Origin: a virus
Taxonomy: Duplodnaviria > Caudoviricetes
IMG/VR virus record: IMGVR_UViG_3300031659_000012
Span: 1 to 52,792 of that record
Length of the DNA stretch: 52,792 nt
Strand: one strand, 5' to 3'
Under the pieces are notes generated by a model. It saw only the letters and a program-made list of their open reading frames with translations. It had not been told where the DNA came from and made no database searches. Positions 36,749 to 46,282 of this stretch are shown piece after piece. Position numbers and translations under genes: made by a program. Positions within the stretch are counted from its first letter, which is position 1. Each line of letters opens with the position of its first letter.

Positions 36749-36765
36749 CTTTTTAGGAGCTTAAA

Positions 36766-37398
36766 ATGGCTTATCCTACTATCTCGGCCCCCTATGGGCT
36801 AAAGCCTGTTGGCTTGGTCGGCGGGCATAATTATGTGGGTTCTACCCGCAAAATACCTATTGCTTCCAACTATGGAACAGGAATCTTCTACGGAGATGTT
36901 GTACAGTACACAAGTGACGGTACTATCATTATCTCCACCTTGCAGAACAATACTTCAGCAGTTGCTGGCGTTATCGGTGTTTTTCTTGGATGTAGTTTTA
37001 CTGACCCAAACTCGGGTCAAGTAGTATTCAGGCAAAATTACCCTGCAAGCACTGTAGCATCTGATATTGAAGCTATCGTTGTGGATGATCCCAACGTGAT
37101 CTTTAAAGTTGTGAACGTTACGAACACAACTGCTAACGGCGCAACAACTGGACTCGCGCCTTTGGCGAAGTCTCGTGCCACTACAATCTCTTGTAACGCG
37201 GAGTTGGTGCTTAACACAGGACTGACTGCTACAGGTAATGGCCGTATGGGCGTGTTTATTAACAACGTCACATCTGTCTTACCATTCACTGTAATCGACG
37301 TAGTGCCAGACACGGTTGATAGTGCAGGCAATTTCACAGAGTTTCTCGTGAAGTTTACTGCTGGCTATCATCGCTATGACCACACCGTCGGCGTTTAA
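36766..37398 (+). CDS. Putative capsid decoration/cement protein
   Basis: APYGLKPV...IFYGDVV...GVFLGC...V.DDP; beta-rich; immediately before the MCP. Confidence 0.65.
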   Translation: MAYPTISAPYGLKPVGLVGGHNYVGSTRKIPIASNYGTGIFYGDVVQYTSDGTIIISTLQNNTSAVAGVIGVFLGCSFTDPNSGQVVFRQNYPASTVASDIEAIVVDDPNVIFKVVNVTNTTANGATTGLAPLAKSRATTISCNAELVLNTGLTATGNGRMGVFINNVTSVLPFTVIDVVPDTVDSAGNFTEFLVKFTAGYHRYDHTVGV

Positions 37399-37410
37399 GG
37401 AGATTAACTA

Positions 37411-38319
37411 ATGGCTATTTCACGCGCACAGCTACTTAAAGAGCTGCTCCCGGGCCTGAACGCATTGTTCGGCTTGGAATATGCAAAATACGGTGAAGAA
37501 CATACCGAGATTTTTGAAACAGAATCCTCAGATAGAAGTTTTGAGGAAGAAGTTAAATTATCAGGTTTCTCAGCGGCACCTGTCAAGAACGAAGGCTCTG
37601 CCATCGAATATGACAATGCTCAAGAGGCGTTCACCGCACGCTACACACACGAAACAGTGGCAATGGGTTTCTCTATTACTGAGGAAGCTATTGAGGATAA
37701 CCTGTATGACTCCTTGTCATCTCGTTATACTAAAGCACTGGCTCGTGCCATGGCGTACACTAAGCAAGTTAAGGCGGCTACAATTCTAAACAACGCCTTC
37801 TCTAGCGGCACCACTTACGGCGACGGCGTTGAGCTTTGCTCTACTGCTCACCCGCTGATTTCTGGTGGGTCAAACTCTAACGAACCAACAGTAGCTGCAG
37901 ACTTGAATGAAACTTCCCTTGAGGCGGCTATCATTCAGATTGCAGGTTGGACTGACGAGCGCGGCCTGTTGATCGCTGCAAAACCTAAGAAACTTGTGAT
38001 TCCACCGAACCTGCAATTCGTTGCAACTCGTTTGTTGGAAACAGAAGGTCGCGTAGGCACTGCAGACAACGATCTTAACGCTATCCGCAACAACGGCTCT
38101 GTTCCGGGCGGTTATACTGTCAATCACTATCTGACAGACACTGACGCTTGGTTCTTGATGACTGATGTTCCAAACGGTCTGAAGCACTTCACACGTAGCC
38201 CAATGGCTACTTCGATGGACGCTGACTTTGATACTGGCAACAGCCGCTACAAAGCTCGTGAGCGCTATTCGTTTGGTGTATCCGATCCTCTTGGAATCTT
38301 TGGTTCACCCGGAGCGTAA
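37411..38319 (+). CDS. Major capsid protein
   Basis: MAISRAQLLKELLPGLNALFGLEY N-terminus and KARERYSFG...GSPGA C-terminus typical of this capsid family; strong AAGGAG RBS; followed by a terminator. Confidence 0.92.
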   Translation: MAISRAQLLKELLPGLNALFGLEYAKYGEEHTEIFETESSDRSFEEEVKLSGFSAAPVKNEGSAIEYDNAQEAFTARYTHETVAMGFSITEEAIEDNLYDSLSSRYTKALARAMAYTKQVKAATILNNAFSSGTTYGDGVELCSTAHPLISGGSNSNEPTVAADLNETSLEAAIIQIAGWTDERGLLIAAKPKKLVIPPNLQFVATRLLETEGRVGTADNDLNAIRNNGSVPGGYTVNHYLTDTDAWFLMTDVPNGLKHFTRSPMATSMDADFDTGNSRYKARERYSFGVSDPLGIFGSPGA

Positions 38320-38374
38320 ACAATTACTTTGCTGGGTTAGGATTCGCACTGCAAAGGCAAAGTTTGTTGAGATG

Positions 38375-38404
38375 GGGGCTACTGCGGTGGCCCCTTTCTT
38401 TTTA
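38375..38404 (+). terminator. Rho-independent terminator after the MCP
   Basis: GGGGCTAC-TGCG-GTGGCCCC followed by TTTCTTTTT. Confidence 0.85.
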
Positions 38405-38481
38405 TTTTATTTTGTGTATAATATGCACATTCCCTGACAGCCGCCTAATGTGGCTGACACTCGCCACGACAGGAGATTATC

Positions 38482-39090
38482 ATGGCTAATACAACTTTTA
38501 ACGGTGCCGTTCGCTCGAAAAACGGTTTTGAAGACATCACTGTTTCCGCAACAGGCGGTGAAACAGTCAATTCCACGTATGGTACAAACGCCTCTGTAGG
38601 TGGCGATCTTACGGTACTTGGGTCTATCTTGTCTGGTGGTGCGCACCCCACGCTGAACGGTCTAACTGTAACGGCTAAAGCCACTGGTGCTACAATTACT
38701 TATGTTGCTGGAATTAACGTCAACCCATTCACTGGCGGCGCACAGCAGATTACTACTCTGCCAGCAGCGACAGTAGGCGTTGTTGTTGTCCACGCTCAGT
38801 CCGTAGACACTACTGGCGGCACTGCTTTCTTGAGCTTTGATTGTGCGGGTAGTGATGCTTATGAAACAGGCAGCGTTATCGAAAGCCGTACCAGCAGTGC
38901 AGTTGTGTTTGATAAGTCTACTGCGGGTGAAACTTTGTTGAAGTATACTCCTGCAAGCGCAACAACAAACTTGTTTAGCATTGGCTCGTACATCTACTTT
39001 ACTTGCACAACAGCAGGTCTGTGGAATATCTCGTTTCACTTTCAGCCTCTTGGTGCGGGTACTACTGGCACGTTTGCTTTTGCAGCCTAA
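38482..39090 (+). CDS. Putative structural protein
   Basis: MANTTFNGAVRS.NGF N-terminus, TLPAA motif, Thr/Gly-rich. Confidence 0.7.
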   Translation: MANTTFNGAVRSKNGFEDITVSATGGETVNSTYGTNASVGGDLTVLGSILSGGAHPTLNGLTVTAKATGATITYVAGINVNPFTGGAQQITTLPAATVGVVVVHAQSVDTTGGTAFLSFDCAGSDAYETGSVIESRTSSAVVFDKSTAGETLLKYTPASATTNLFSIGSYIYFTCTTAGLWNISFHFQPLGAGTTGTFAFAA

Positions 39091-39140
39091 TAACTAATCT
39101 GGTGGGGTGGAAGCCCCACCGTTACATATAGGAGATTGAC

Positions 39141-39752
39141 ATGAGTCATTCCGCACAATCTGACGTCACCCCCGTATTTATTAGTGACGAAAACGCTGCC
39201 GACCCAGACCGGTTAGTTACAGCGGCTAGGCCAAATACATCAGCTACTATGGCAGCGACTACCTTCTTAGGCGGCGGCGCTAGAAATGTGACCGTCACGA
39301 CGGCTGGTACTGGCGATAACAATAAAACTTGTACTATAACAGGCACAGATGTTTTTGGTAATGCTATTACCGAAGTGATAACATCTACAGGTTCTGCTGA
39401 AGCAGTAGCAGGCGCTAAGTTATTTGTCACAGTCAGTGCAGTAAAATGTTCTGCTCAGTATGCCGGTAATATTACAGTTGGTTCTGGATCATTATGCGCA
39501 CAGGCACTTCAAGGTGTTAACCGTGTTAGGCTAAAAGGTTTTTCCATTGTCTCTGGTGGCACAGCAGGAGTGGTTAACCACTTTGACGGTACGCCTGAGT
39601 CTGGTACAATTTTGTTTAAGTCCCGCACTATAGGCACTGATAACGATACTGTTTCTCACGCAGTACCCGGAGAAGGCGTGTTGTTTAAAGATGGTATGAC
39701 TGTACAGTATACAGTTGCTACCATTGATATGATGACGTTCTTCTATGCGTAG
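39141..39752 (+). CDS. Putative structural protein
   Basis: Beta-rich; TITGTD..G....E and PGEGVLF.DG motifs. Confidence 0.7.
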   Translation: MSHSAQSDVTPVFISDENAADPDRLVTAARPNTSATMAATTFLGGGARNVTVTTAGTGDNNKTCTITGTDVFGNAITEVITSTGSAEAVAGAKLFVTVSAVKCSAQYAGNITVGSGSLCAQALQGVNRVRLKGFSIVSGGTAGVVNHFDGTPESGTILFKSRTIGTDNDTVSHAVPGEGVLFKDGMTVQYTVATIDMMTFFYA

Positions 39753-40053
39753 GTACTTCAAGTCTGGTGGGAGTACAAACTCTCCTGCTTGGACTCGCAA
39801 AGCGGGTAAGAGTGAGTCCGGTGGGCTTAATCAAAAAGGGGTTGACAGCTATAAACGCGCAAATCCCGGTAGCAAGTTAAAGACCGCAGTCACTAAGAAA
39901 CCTAGTCAACTTAAAAAGGGTTCTAAGGCTGCTAACCGCCGCAAATCCTTCTGTGCCCGTATGTCGGGTATGAAGAAGAAGAACACAAGTTCCAAAACGG
40001 CTAACGACCCAGATAGCCGCATAAATAAGAGTTTACGGAAGTGGAATTGTTAA
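39745..40053 (+). CDS. Small basic protein (DUF6321-like)
   Basis: GGLN.KG...RRKSFCARM.G...SLRKWNC. Confidence 0.75.
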   Translation: MRRYFKSGGSTNSPAWTRKAGKSESGGLNQKGVDSYKRANPGSKLKTAVTKKPSQLKKGSKAANRRKSFCARMSGMKKKNTSSKTANDPDSRINKSLRKWNC

Positions 40054-40197
40054 ATGACGATGGGCCGTTCAAACTTTAGTAAACAGATACAAAGCCCTCC
40101 GTCTAAAAAGAACCCAGCATCTGCGGTATCTCAAGAACGCAAGATAGCTGCTGCGAAAAAATTGGAGAAGAAACTTAATGCCGTATCTAACAAGTAG
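40054..40197 (+). CDS. 47-aa basic protein (not in ORF track)
   Basis: MTMGRSNFSKQIQSPPSKK...; starts right after the upstream stop and overlaps the next gene. Confidence 0.55.
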   Translation: MTMGRSNFSKQIQSPPSKKNPASAVSQERKIAAAKKLEKKLNAVSNK

Positions 40198-40858
40198 TAT
40201 ACCGTATTTTAAAGCGTGGGTACGTAGAGAGTACACCAAAAACCTTGAAGACTACCATGGCGAGTTCCTACACGCTATGGTCATTGGCGTCACTACAATG
40301 CCTAACAGGACACTTAGTTTTCAAGTAATATTTACAGGTTGTGAGACCGACGATACAGACGACGAGAACGTCCATGGTGGGGCTATGTGGGCTAGAATGC
40401 CTCTTACAGCCCTTGTAGCAGACACACCGTACGAGGAATGGCCCGCAGAGCTACCCTCCTACTTAGCACAACCTTGGGACTGCATGTCCCACCACCACTC
40501 CGTGTATAAGTTAGAACGAGCTTCACCTGCTCCATGGATAGCTAAAGTAGACGGCGAGTTTTACCCTGCCAAGTATCTGTTCACCGTGGATTACACGGAT
40601 AACGAGGTGGCAGACGACCCAGCGCAGCACAAGCAAAGTCACGTACTTGAATTATTAGACGCTGGAGAGTATACAGGTAACATAGTAGCATTACCAAATA
40701 ATCGGGTTCGTGTAACGCACCCTGCGTGGTTTGAGACAGGGCAAGGCGCTCCAGATTTTAAACCAAACCAACATACCTACAACTCTAAAGAAGACGTAGG
40801 GTATGTCTGGGACACAGAACGCGTATTTAACAATCTCTATAAGGAGACGGACCAATGA
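40178..40858 (+). CDS. Conserved phage hypothetical protein
   Basis: 226 aa; GGAMWARMP, QPWDC, YLFTVD, HKQSH, LPNNR motifs. Confidence 0.8.
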   Translation: MPYLTSSIPYFKAWVRREYTKNLEDYHGEFLHAMVIGVTTMPNRTLSFQVIFTGCETDDTDDENVHGGAMWARMPLTALVADTPYEEWPAELPSYLAQPWDCMSHHHSVYKLERASPAPWIAKVDGEFYPAKYLFTVDYTDNEVADDPAQHKQSHVLELLDAGEYTGNIVALPNNRVRVTHPAWFETGQGAPDFKPNQHTYNSKEDVGYVWDTERVFNNLYKETDQ

Positions 40859-41382
40859 AGATGAAGAAAAAAGGTTACGCCATGGGTGGCATGAAAAAAG
40901 GCTACGCCATGGGTGGCATGAAGAAGAAGATGAAAGCTGGCGGCGGCGTCAAGAAGATGCAGGCTGGAGGTATAACTCAAGAACAGATAGACGATCCGAA
41001 GCGTGCTGTAGCTGCAGGTGATCGCATGTCTGAAATGCGTGCAAAAGAAGCTGTTATGGGCAAAAAGAAGCCAATGGATAATTCAACAGGTTCTTTAGAT
41101 GCAGCAGCAAGGACATTACCATCTGGCACATCAGTGGAAGAAGAGCGAAAGGCTGCTAGGGCCAAGAAGCCCATGCGTCCAAAAAAGCGTCCTACGGCTC
41201 CTTTGACTTCAAAGCGACCAGAGTCGCGCCCTGCTATGCCGATGATGAAAAAAGGCGGCATGACTAAGAAGATGAAAGCTGGCGGCGGTGTAGCCAAAAA
41301 AGGCAAAGCTAAAGGCGGCAAGTCCAAAGTACGTGGCGCAGGTATTGCCCAGCGCGGTGTACGTTCAGCACAGATGAGGTAG
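40855..41382 (+). CDS. Lys/Met-rich basic protein with repeated xxxGG motifs
   Basis: KKGYAMGGM x2, KKMKAGGGV x2, C-terminal VRGAGIAQRG. Confidence 0.75.
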   Translation: MKMKKKGYAMGGMKKGYAMGGMKKKMKAGGGVKKMQAGGITQEQIDDPKRAVAAGDRMSEMRAKEAVMGKKKPMDNSTGSLDAAARTLPSGTSVEEERKAARAKKPMRPKKRPTAPLTSKRPESRPAMPMMKKGGMTKKMKAGGGVAKKGKAKGGKSKVRGAGIAQRGVRSAQMR

Positions 41383-41384
41383 CT

Positions 41385-41546
41385 ATGCGTACGTATTATA
41401 AGTCTGGCGGTAAGATATGCGCAAAAGGTAAATCTTGGGCCAAACGTACTTTTGATACGTACCCTAGCGCTTATGCCAATATGGCTGCGTCTAAATATTG
41501 CAAAGACCCAAACTATGCTAAAGGTAGCAAGGGGAAGAAGAAGTAA
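41385..41546 (+). CDS. 53-aa basic protein (not in ORF track)
   Basis: MRTYYKSGGKICAKGKSWAKRTFDTYPSAYANMAASKYCKDPNYAKGSKGKKK; GAGG RBS; coupled to the next gene. Confidence 0.7.
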   Translation: MRTYYKSGGKICAKGKSWAKRTFDTYPSAYANMAASKYCKDPNYAKGSKGKKK

Positions 41547-41875
41547 TGGGTGATCTGAAGAAGTGGCGGGACCAAGACTGGGTTAGGGTTGGTACTGACG
41601 GTAAGATAAAAGGCGCGTGTGGGACTTCTAAAGATAAGAAGAACCCTGATCGTTGCTTGCCGCGCAGTAAAGCTAACAGTCTAAGCCAAGGTCAACGTGC
41701 CGCCACTGCTAAGAAGAAGAAACGTGCAGGCGCTGCGGGTAAAACTGTGGTAAAGAATACTAAGCCAGCGGTAGTAAAGCTCAACGGTGGTGGTCTAGCT
41801 AGACGAAAACGCGACATAGCACGAGGTTGTGGAGCAGTAATGGAAAACCGGCGTAAAGAGACGTTGTATACGTAA
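41546..41875 (+). CDS. Small basic conserved phage protein
   Basis: LKKW..QDWV...CG......RCLP..KA motif. Confidence 0.75.
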   Translation: MGDLKKWRDQDWVRVGTDGKIKGACGTSKDKKNPDRCLPRSKANSLSQGQRAATAKKKKRAGAAGKTVVKNTKPAVVKLNGGGLARRKRDIARGCGAVMENRRKETLYT

Positions 41876-41887
41876 AGGAGTCAAAGC

Positions 41888-42574
41888 ATGACTGCATCAA
41901 CCACAGCAGCGTTTGACATGGAGTTCACGGAGGTTGCCGAGGAAGCATGGGAACGTGCGGGTCGTGAAATGCGTTCAGGGTACGACCTACGTACTGCTAG
42001 ACGGTCTATGAACCTAATGACAATCGAATGGCAGAATCGTGGCATAAACATGTGGACGATTGACGAAGGCTCTGTAAGCCTCATTAAAGGCACGTCAGAG
42101 TACCCCTTACCAGCAGACACTATAGATTTACTCGAACACGTAATTCGCACTAACAACGGCAACGTTTCAACACAGTCGGACCTTACCATAAGCAGAGTTA
42201 GTGTATCCACGTACGCGTCTATACCTAGTAAGTTAACACAAGGACGTCCGATACAAGTTTGGGTAGAACGGTTAGCTGCAGCGCCGACTATTAACTTGTG
42301 GCCTGTACCAGACCGCGATGATTACGTATTCAAGTATTACCGTATGCGCCGCATTAAGGATGCAGGTGCAGGTGTAGAAACCCCCGATATGAACTTTCGG
42401 TTCTACCCTTGTCTTGTTGCTGGCCTAGCGTATCACATTGCTATGAAGATTCCTGAGCTAGTATCGCGCATACCAATGTTAAAAGCAGTCTACGACGAAC
42501 AGTTTGAAATGGCGGCAGGCGAAGACCGTGAAAAAGCGTCTGTTACCTTCGTTCCTCGGATAGCGAGGATATAA
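41888..42574 (+). CDS. Putative head-tail adaptor/tail tubular protein
   Basis: EEAWERAG...GYDLRTARRS...W.NRG, GRP, LWPVPD, GLAY motifs. Confidence 0.7.
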   Translation: MTASTTAAFDMEFTEVAEEAWERAGREMRSGYDLRTARRSMNLMTIEWQNRGINMWTIDEGSVSLIKGTSEYPLPADTIDLLEHVIRTNNGNVSTQSDLTISRVSVSTYASIPSKLTQGRPIQVWVERLAAAPTINLWPVPDRDDYVFKYYRMRRIKDAGAGVETPDMNFRFYPCLVAGLAYHIAMKIPELVSRIPMLKAVYDEQFEMAAGEDREKASVTFVPRIARI

Positions 42575-42576
42575 CC

Positions 42577-42930
42577 ATGGCAAACGCGTTCGCAGCCGCT
42601 AAAAGAACAATAGCTGAATGCGACGTCTGTGGATTTCGTTTTAAGCTAAAAGAGTTGCGTAATATCGTAACAAACGGTAGAGATACTAACATAAAGGCAT
42701 GTCGTGAGTGCTGGAGTGGAGATCATCCCCAGAACAAACTAGGGAAATTTCCAGTTAACGACCCGCAGGCGGTACGCGACCCACGTCCCGACTTTGCTGG
42801 GTACGACAGCAGCAGAAACTTTCAGTGGGGGTGGAACCCAGTGGGTGGCGGAAACAACATTTACGGGCTAACCGTTAACAAATTGGAATTAACCGCCTCA
42901 GTAGGCGATGTAACTGTAACGACCACGTAG
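42577..42930 (+). CDS. Hypothetical protein with CxxC..CxxC
   Basis: CDVCG...CRECW..DHPQ...DPRPD. Confidence 0.7.
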   Translation: MANAFAAAKRTIAECDVCGFRFKLKELRNIVTNGRDTNIKACRECWSGDHPQNKLGKFPVNDPQAVRDPRPDFAGYDSSRNFQWGWNPVGGGNNIYGLTVNKLELTASVGDVTVTTT

Positions 42931-42940
42931 GAGATACACC

Positions 42941-42991
42941 ATGGCTAAGAAACTGAGCAAAGGCTTGTTTGCAAGAGGACCGATGGGGTAA
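42941..42991 (+). CDS. 16-aa micro-ORF or truncated gene remnant
   Basis: Strong AGGAGA RBS; MAKKLSKGLFARGPMG; fills the gap between genes. Confidence 0.45.
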   Translation: MAKKLSKGLFARGPMG

Positions 42992-42994
42992 ACC

Positions 42995-43654
42995 ATGAAT
43001 TACGCTACGCTCAAAACTAATATCGAGGACATCTGTGAAACATCTTTCACCGCTGACCAACTTGCTATGTTTACGCAGCAGGCGGAAGAGAAAATCCTGC
43101 AGACGGTGGACATTCCAGCGTTACGTAAATCAGACGATGGACCTTTGGTCTCTACTAACAAGTTATACACACTACCAACCGATCATTTGTATACCTATAG
43201 CATAGCCGTTATAACAAGCAGCACTAGCACGTTTTTGCTTAACAAAGACGTTAATTTTATACGTGAGGCGTACCCCGTTAACACTAGCGCAAATTATGGG
43301 CTTCCTAAGTTTTATGCGCAGTATAGCGCAACAAAAATTGAACTAGCACCCACTCCTGATTCTAACTACGAAATTGAGCATATATACGGGGCATACCCCA
43401 CCTCTATTGTCACTGGCAGCACGTCTTGGTTGGGCGATAACGCCAGTGCGGCGTTGCTTAACGGAGCGTTGTTAGAAGCTATACGGTTCCAAAAAGGCGA
43501 ACCTGATGTTATTGCAAACTACGAGAAGTTGTTTTTGCAGGCTATTACGTTGTTGATAGATTTCGGTACCGGTAAGTTGCGTAGAGACGCATACCGTTCA
43601 GGGCAGGCACGTATACCCGTACCTAGTGCGCCAATAGCTCAAGGTGGAGTATAA
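42995..43654 (+). CDS. Putative head-tail connector/adaptor
   Basis: MNY..L...I...E, G.P..YA, APTPD..Y, TSWL...A...LL.G.L.EA motifs. Confidence 0.7.
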   Translation: MNYATLKTNIEDICETSFTADQLAMFTQQAEEKILQTVDIPALRKSDDGPLVSTNKLYTLPTDHLYTYSIAVITSSTSTFLLNKDVNFIREAYPVNTSANYGLPKFYAQYSATKIELAPTPDSNYEIEHIYGAYPTSIVTGSTSWLGDNASAALLNGALLEAIRFQKGEPDVIANYEKLFLQAITLLIDFGTGKLRRDAYRSGQARIPVPSAPIAQGGV

Positions 43655-43657
43655 TAG

Positions 43658-44104
43658 ATGGCCTTTACTGGGAACTACACATGCACGTCTTTCAAAGTCG
43701 CTCTACTAGATGGAGAAATGGACTTTAGCTCTAACACTAATCAGACGTTCAAAGCGGCTCTGTACACTTCTGATGCTACGTTAGACGCAACCACGACTGT
43801 GTACAGCACTACCAACGAAGCGTCTGGCACTGGGTATACGGCTGGAGGTAACACGTTAACCGTAGCTACAAGACCAACAAGTGACACGGCTACAGGTGGA
43901 ACTGTTGCGTACATAGACTTTAGTGACACAACTTGGACAAATTCTTCTATAACTGCCCGTGGAGCGTTGATATACAGCGCTGGCGGCACGAACCCTGCGG
44001 TAGCAGTGCTTGATTTTGGCGCGGACAAGGTAACTGTAAATCAACCATTTAAAATTGTTTTTCCCCTGTCAGGGGCCACAACTGCTATAATTCGCATCGG
44101 ATAA
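43658..44104 (+). CDS. Putative tail structural protein
   Basis: SFK..LL.G..DF...FK.ALY...Y.AGG..L...ARGALIY...VLDFG.DK. Confidence 0.7.
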   Translation: MAFTGNYTCTSFKVALLDGEMDFSSNTNQTFKAALYTSDATLDATTTVYSTTNEASGTGYTAGGNTLTVATRPTSDTATGGTVAYIDFSDTTWTNSSITARGALIYSAGGTNPAVAVLDFGADKVTVNQPFKIVFPLSGATTAIIRIG

Positions 44105-44116
44105 AGGTGAACTACA

Positions 44117-46282
44117 ATGAGTACATTTGAAAATGATCTGAGGCTTGAAGAGATTGGAACCGGCGAACGCGCGGGTACTTGGGGCACCGCTACTAACACA
44201 AACCTAGAGCTTATTGCCAACGCGCTTAGTTACAGCAGTACCGGAGAAGCTATACCTAACGCTAGTACACATACACTAACGATGGTAGACGGTGCGGCAG
44301 ACGAGTTTAGATCGTTGTACTTAAAGTGTACTGGGGGCGGACAGGCTTGTACGGTTACACTTGCGCCTAACACCTTATCTAAAGTCTGGATGATTGAGAA
44401 CACAACATCCCACACACTGACGTTCTCTCAAGGTTCTGGAGCCAACGTAGCAGTGCTTGCGGGACAAGTTAAAGTCATCGCCACTAACGGGGTGGGGAAC
44501 GCAGGAGCGGTCTTTGACCTTATGCAAGACTTATCTGTACCTGATTTGTTTGTGGATAATGATCTCACTCTGCAGTCCGACGCAGCGGTCTTGGGGTTTG
44601 GCGCAAACAAAGACGTAACTCTTACACACGTACACGACGCAGGGCTGCTGTTAAACGCTGCTATGAAAATACAGTTTAGAGACGCTGCGCTTTCGATTGG
44701 CTCAAGTGCTGATGGTCAACTTGACATTATTGCTGATACAGAGATTCAAATCGCTGCCACTACAATTGACATCAACGGTGCGATAAACGCTAGTGGTGAA
44801 ATTATCGCTGCAAGTTTAGACATATCAGGTAACGTAGACGTCGATGGAACTTTAGAAACTGATGCACTATCTCTTAATGGAACCGCAGTTACCAGCACCG
44901 CCGCAGAGTTAAACATACTTGATGGGGTCACCGCAACAACTGCCGAGTTAAACATACTTGATGGTGTAACTTCTACCACAGCAGAGTTAAACTTACTTGA
45001 CGGTGTAACCTCTACTACAGCAGAGTTAAATATTCTCGACGGGGTTACAAGTACTGCAGCAGAACTAAACATTCTCGACGGGGTTACAAGTACTACAGCA
45101 GAGTTAAACATTCTCGACGGTGTAACCTCTACTACAGCAGAGCTAAATATTCTCGATGGTGTTACAAGTACTGCAGCAGAACTAAACATTCTTGACGTAA
45201 GTAACAGTACAATAGGTGATCTAGCTGAGATAGGCACTGCAGCTAGCGACGATGTATTCATAGCCCTTGATACTTCTGGCGGTGGACTTAAAAAGATTAC
45301 TAGAAGTACTATTCTTGCAGGCTCTGGTTCAAGCAACGATATAGCTAACGTTGTAGAAGATACTAGCCCACAGCTAGGTGGAAACCTAGACATGAATGGG
45401 AAGGACATTGTTACGGTTTCTAATGCCACACTGGATTTGGCACCTAACGGTACAGGTACAGTAGTCGTTAGAGGTAACAGTAACTCAGGTGCAATCGTAT
45501 TTAATTGTGAAAGCAACAGTCACGGGCAAAAAGTATTTGGCCAACCTCACTCAGCAAATATAGATAACACTCTTATGCTGCCTGCTGGTGCTAACTCAAC
45601 GTTAGTATCTCTTGTATCTACAGATACACTAACAAATAAGACTTTAACGTCCCCTAAAATTAATGAGAATGTAGTAGTAACTTCAACAGCTACAGAGTTA
45701 AACATACTTGATGGTGTTACTAGCACAACAGCAGAGCTTAACATATTAGACGGGGTTACTAGTACTACTGCTGAGTTGAATATACTTGATGGTGTAACCA
45801 GTACGGCTGCAGAACTTAATATCTTAGACGGAGTTACTAGTACAGCCGCAGAACTAAACTTGTTGGATGGTGTTACTTCTACTACAGCAGAGCTTAACAT
45901 TCTTGATGGGGTTACATCAACAGCAGCAGAGCTTAACCTAGTCGATGGTCTGGTGGGCATTGTTGCAAAGACAAGTGCTACAGGTTCAGCCCTGCTGCCC
46001 ACAGGTAATACAGCCCAGCGAGATGGCTCACCAACTACAGGTGCATTCCGTTTTAACTCTACGCTGACTGCATTTGAGGGCTACAATGGTAGCGCATGGG
46101 GTTCAGTAGGTGGTGGAGCAACTGGTGGTGTCGGAAATGAAATGTTTTACGAAAACGACCAGATAGCAGACGCGAGTTATACAATCCCCGCTAATAAAAA
46201 CGCAATGACTACGGGACCAATAACTATTGCGGATGGTGTTACGATAACAGTTAGTGACGGTTCAAGATTGGTGGTGATTTAA
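44117..46282 (+). CDS. Long tail fibre protein with two blocks of 13-aa repeats
   Basis: GTWG..TN.NL N-terminal anchor, DTSPQLGGNLD, LTNKTLT, LP.G.TAQR...RFN....FEGY.G..W motifs. Confidence 0.85.
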   Translation: MSTFENDLRLEEIGTGERAGTWGTATNTNLELIANALSYSSTGEAIPNASTHTLTMVDGAADEFRSLYLKCTGGGQACTVTLAPNTLSKVWMIENTTSHTLTFSQGSGANVAVLAGQVKVIATNGVGNAGAVFDLMQDLSVPDLFVDNDLTLQSDAAVLGFGANKDVTLTHVHDAGLLLNAAMKIQFRDAALSIGSSADGQLDIIADTEIQIAATTIDINGAINASGEIIAASLDISGNVDVDGTLETDALSLNGTAVTSTAAELNILDGVTATTAELNILDGVTSTTAELNLLDGVTSTTAELNILDGVTSTAAELNILDGVTSTTAELNILDGVTSTTAELNILDGVTSTAAELNILDVSNSTIGDLAEIGTAASDDVFIALDTSGGGLKKITRSTILAGSGSSNDIANVVEDTSPQLGGNLDMNGKDIVTVSNATLDLAPNGTGTVVVRGNSNSGAIVFNCESNSHGQKVFGQPHSANIDNTLMLPAGANSTLVSLVSTDTLTNKTLTSPKINENVVVTSTATELNILDGVTSTTAELNILDGVTSTTAELNILDGVTSTAAELNILDGVTSTAAELNLLDGVTSTTAELNILDGVTSTAAELNLVDGLVGIVAKTSATGSALLPTGNTAQRDGSPTTGAFRFNSTLTAFEGYNGSAWGSVGGGATGGVGNEMFYENDQIADASYTIPANKNAMTTGPITIADGVTITVSDGSRLVVI
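44891..45202 (+). repeat. 39-bp/13-aa repeat x8 (TSTxAELNILDGV)
   Basis: Counted in the translation. Confidence 0.9.
45680..45952 (+). repeat. 39-bp/13-aa repeat x7
   Basis: Counted in the translation. Confidence 0.9.

Noticed and set aside
38320-38372. tRNA-like element after the capsid gene
   Set aside because: An ACTTTGC/GCAAAGT stem exists, but there is no cloverleaf, T-loop consensus or adequate length.
39101-39120. Terminator GGTGGGG/CCCCACC
   Set aside because: The hairpin is real but lacks a U-tract; it is more likely an mRNA stability or processing stem.
44746-46002. Long antisense ORFs over tail-fibre repeats (and similar shadows over other genes)
   Set aside because: These are reverse-frame shadows of repetitive coding sequence with no RBS or independent motifs.
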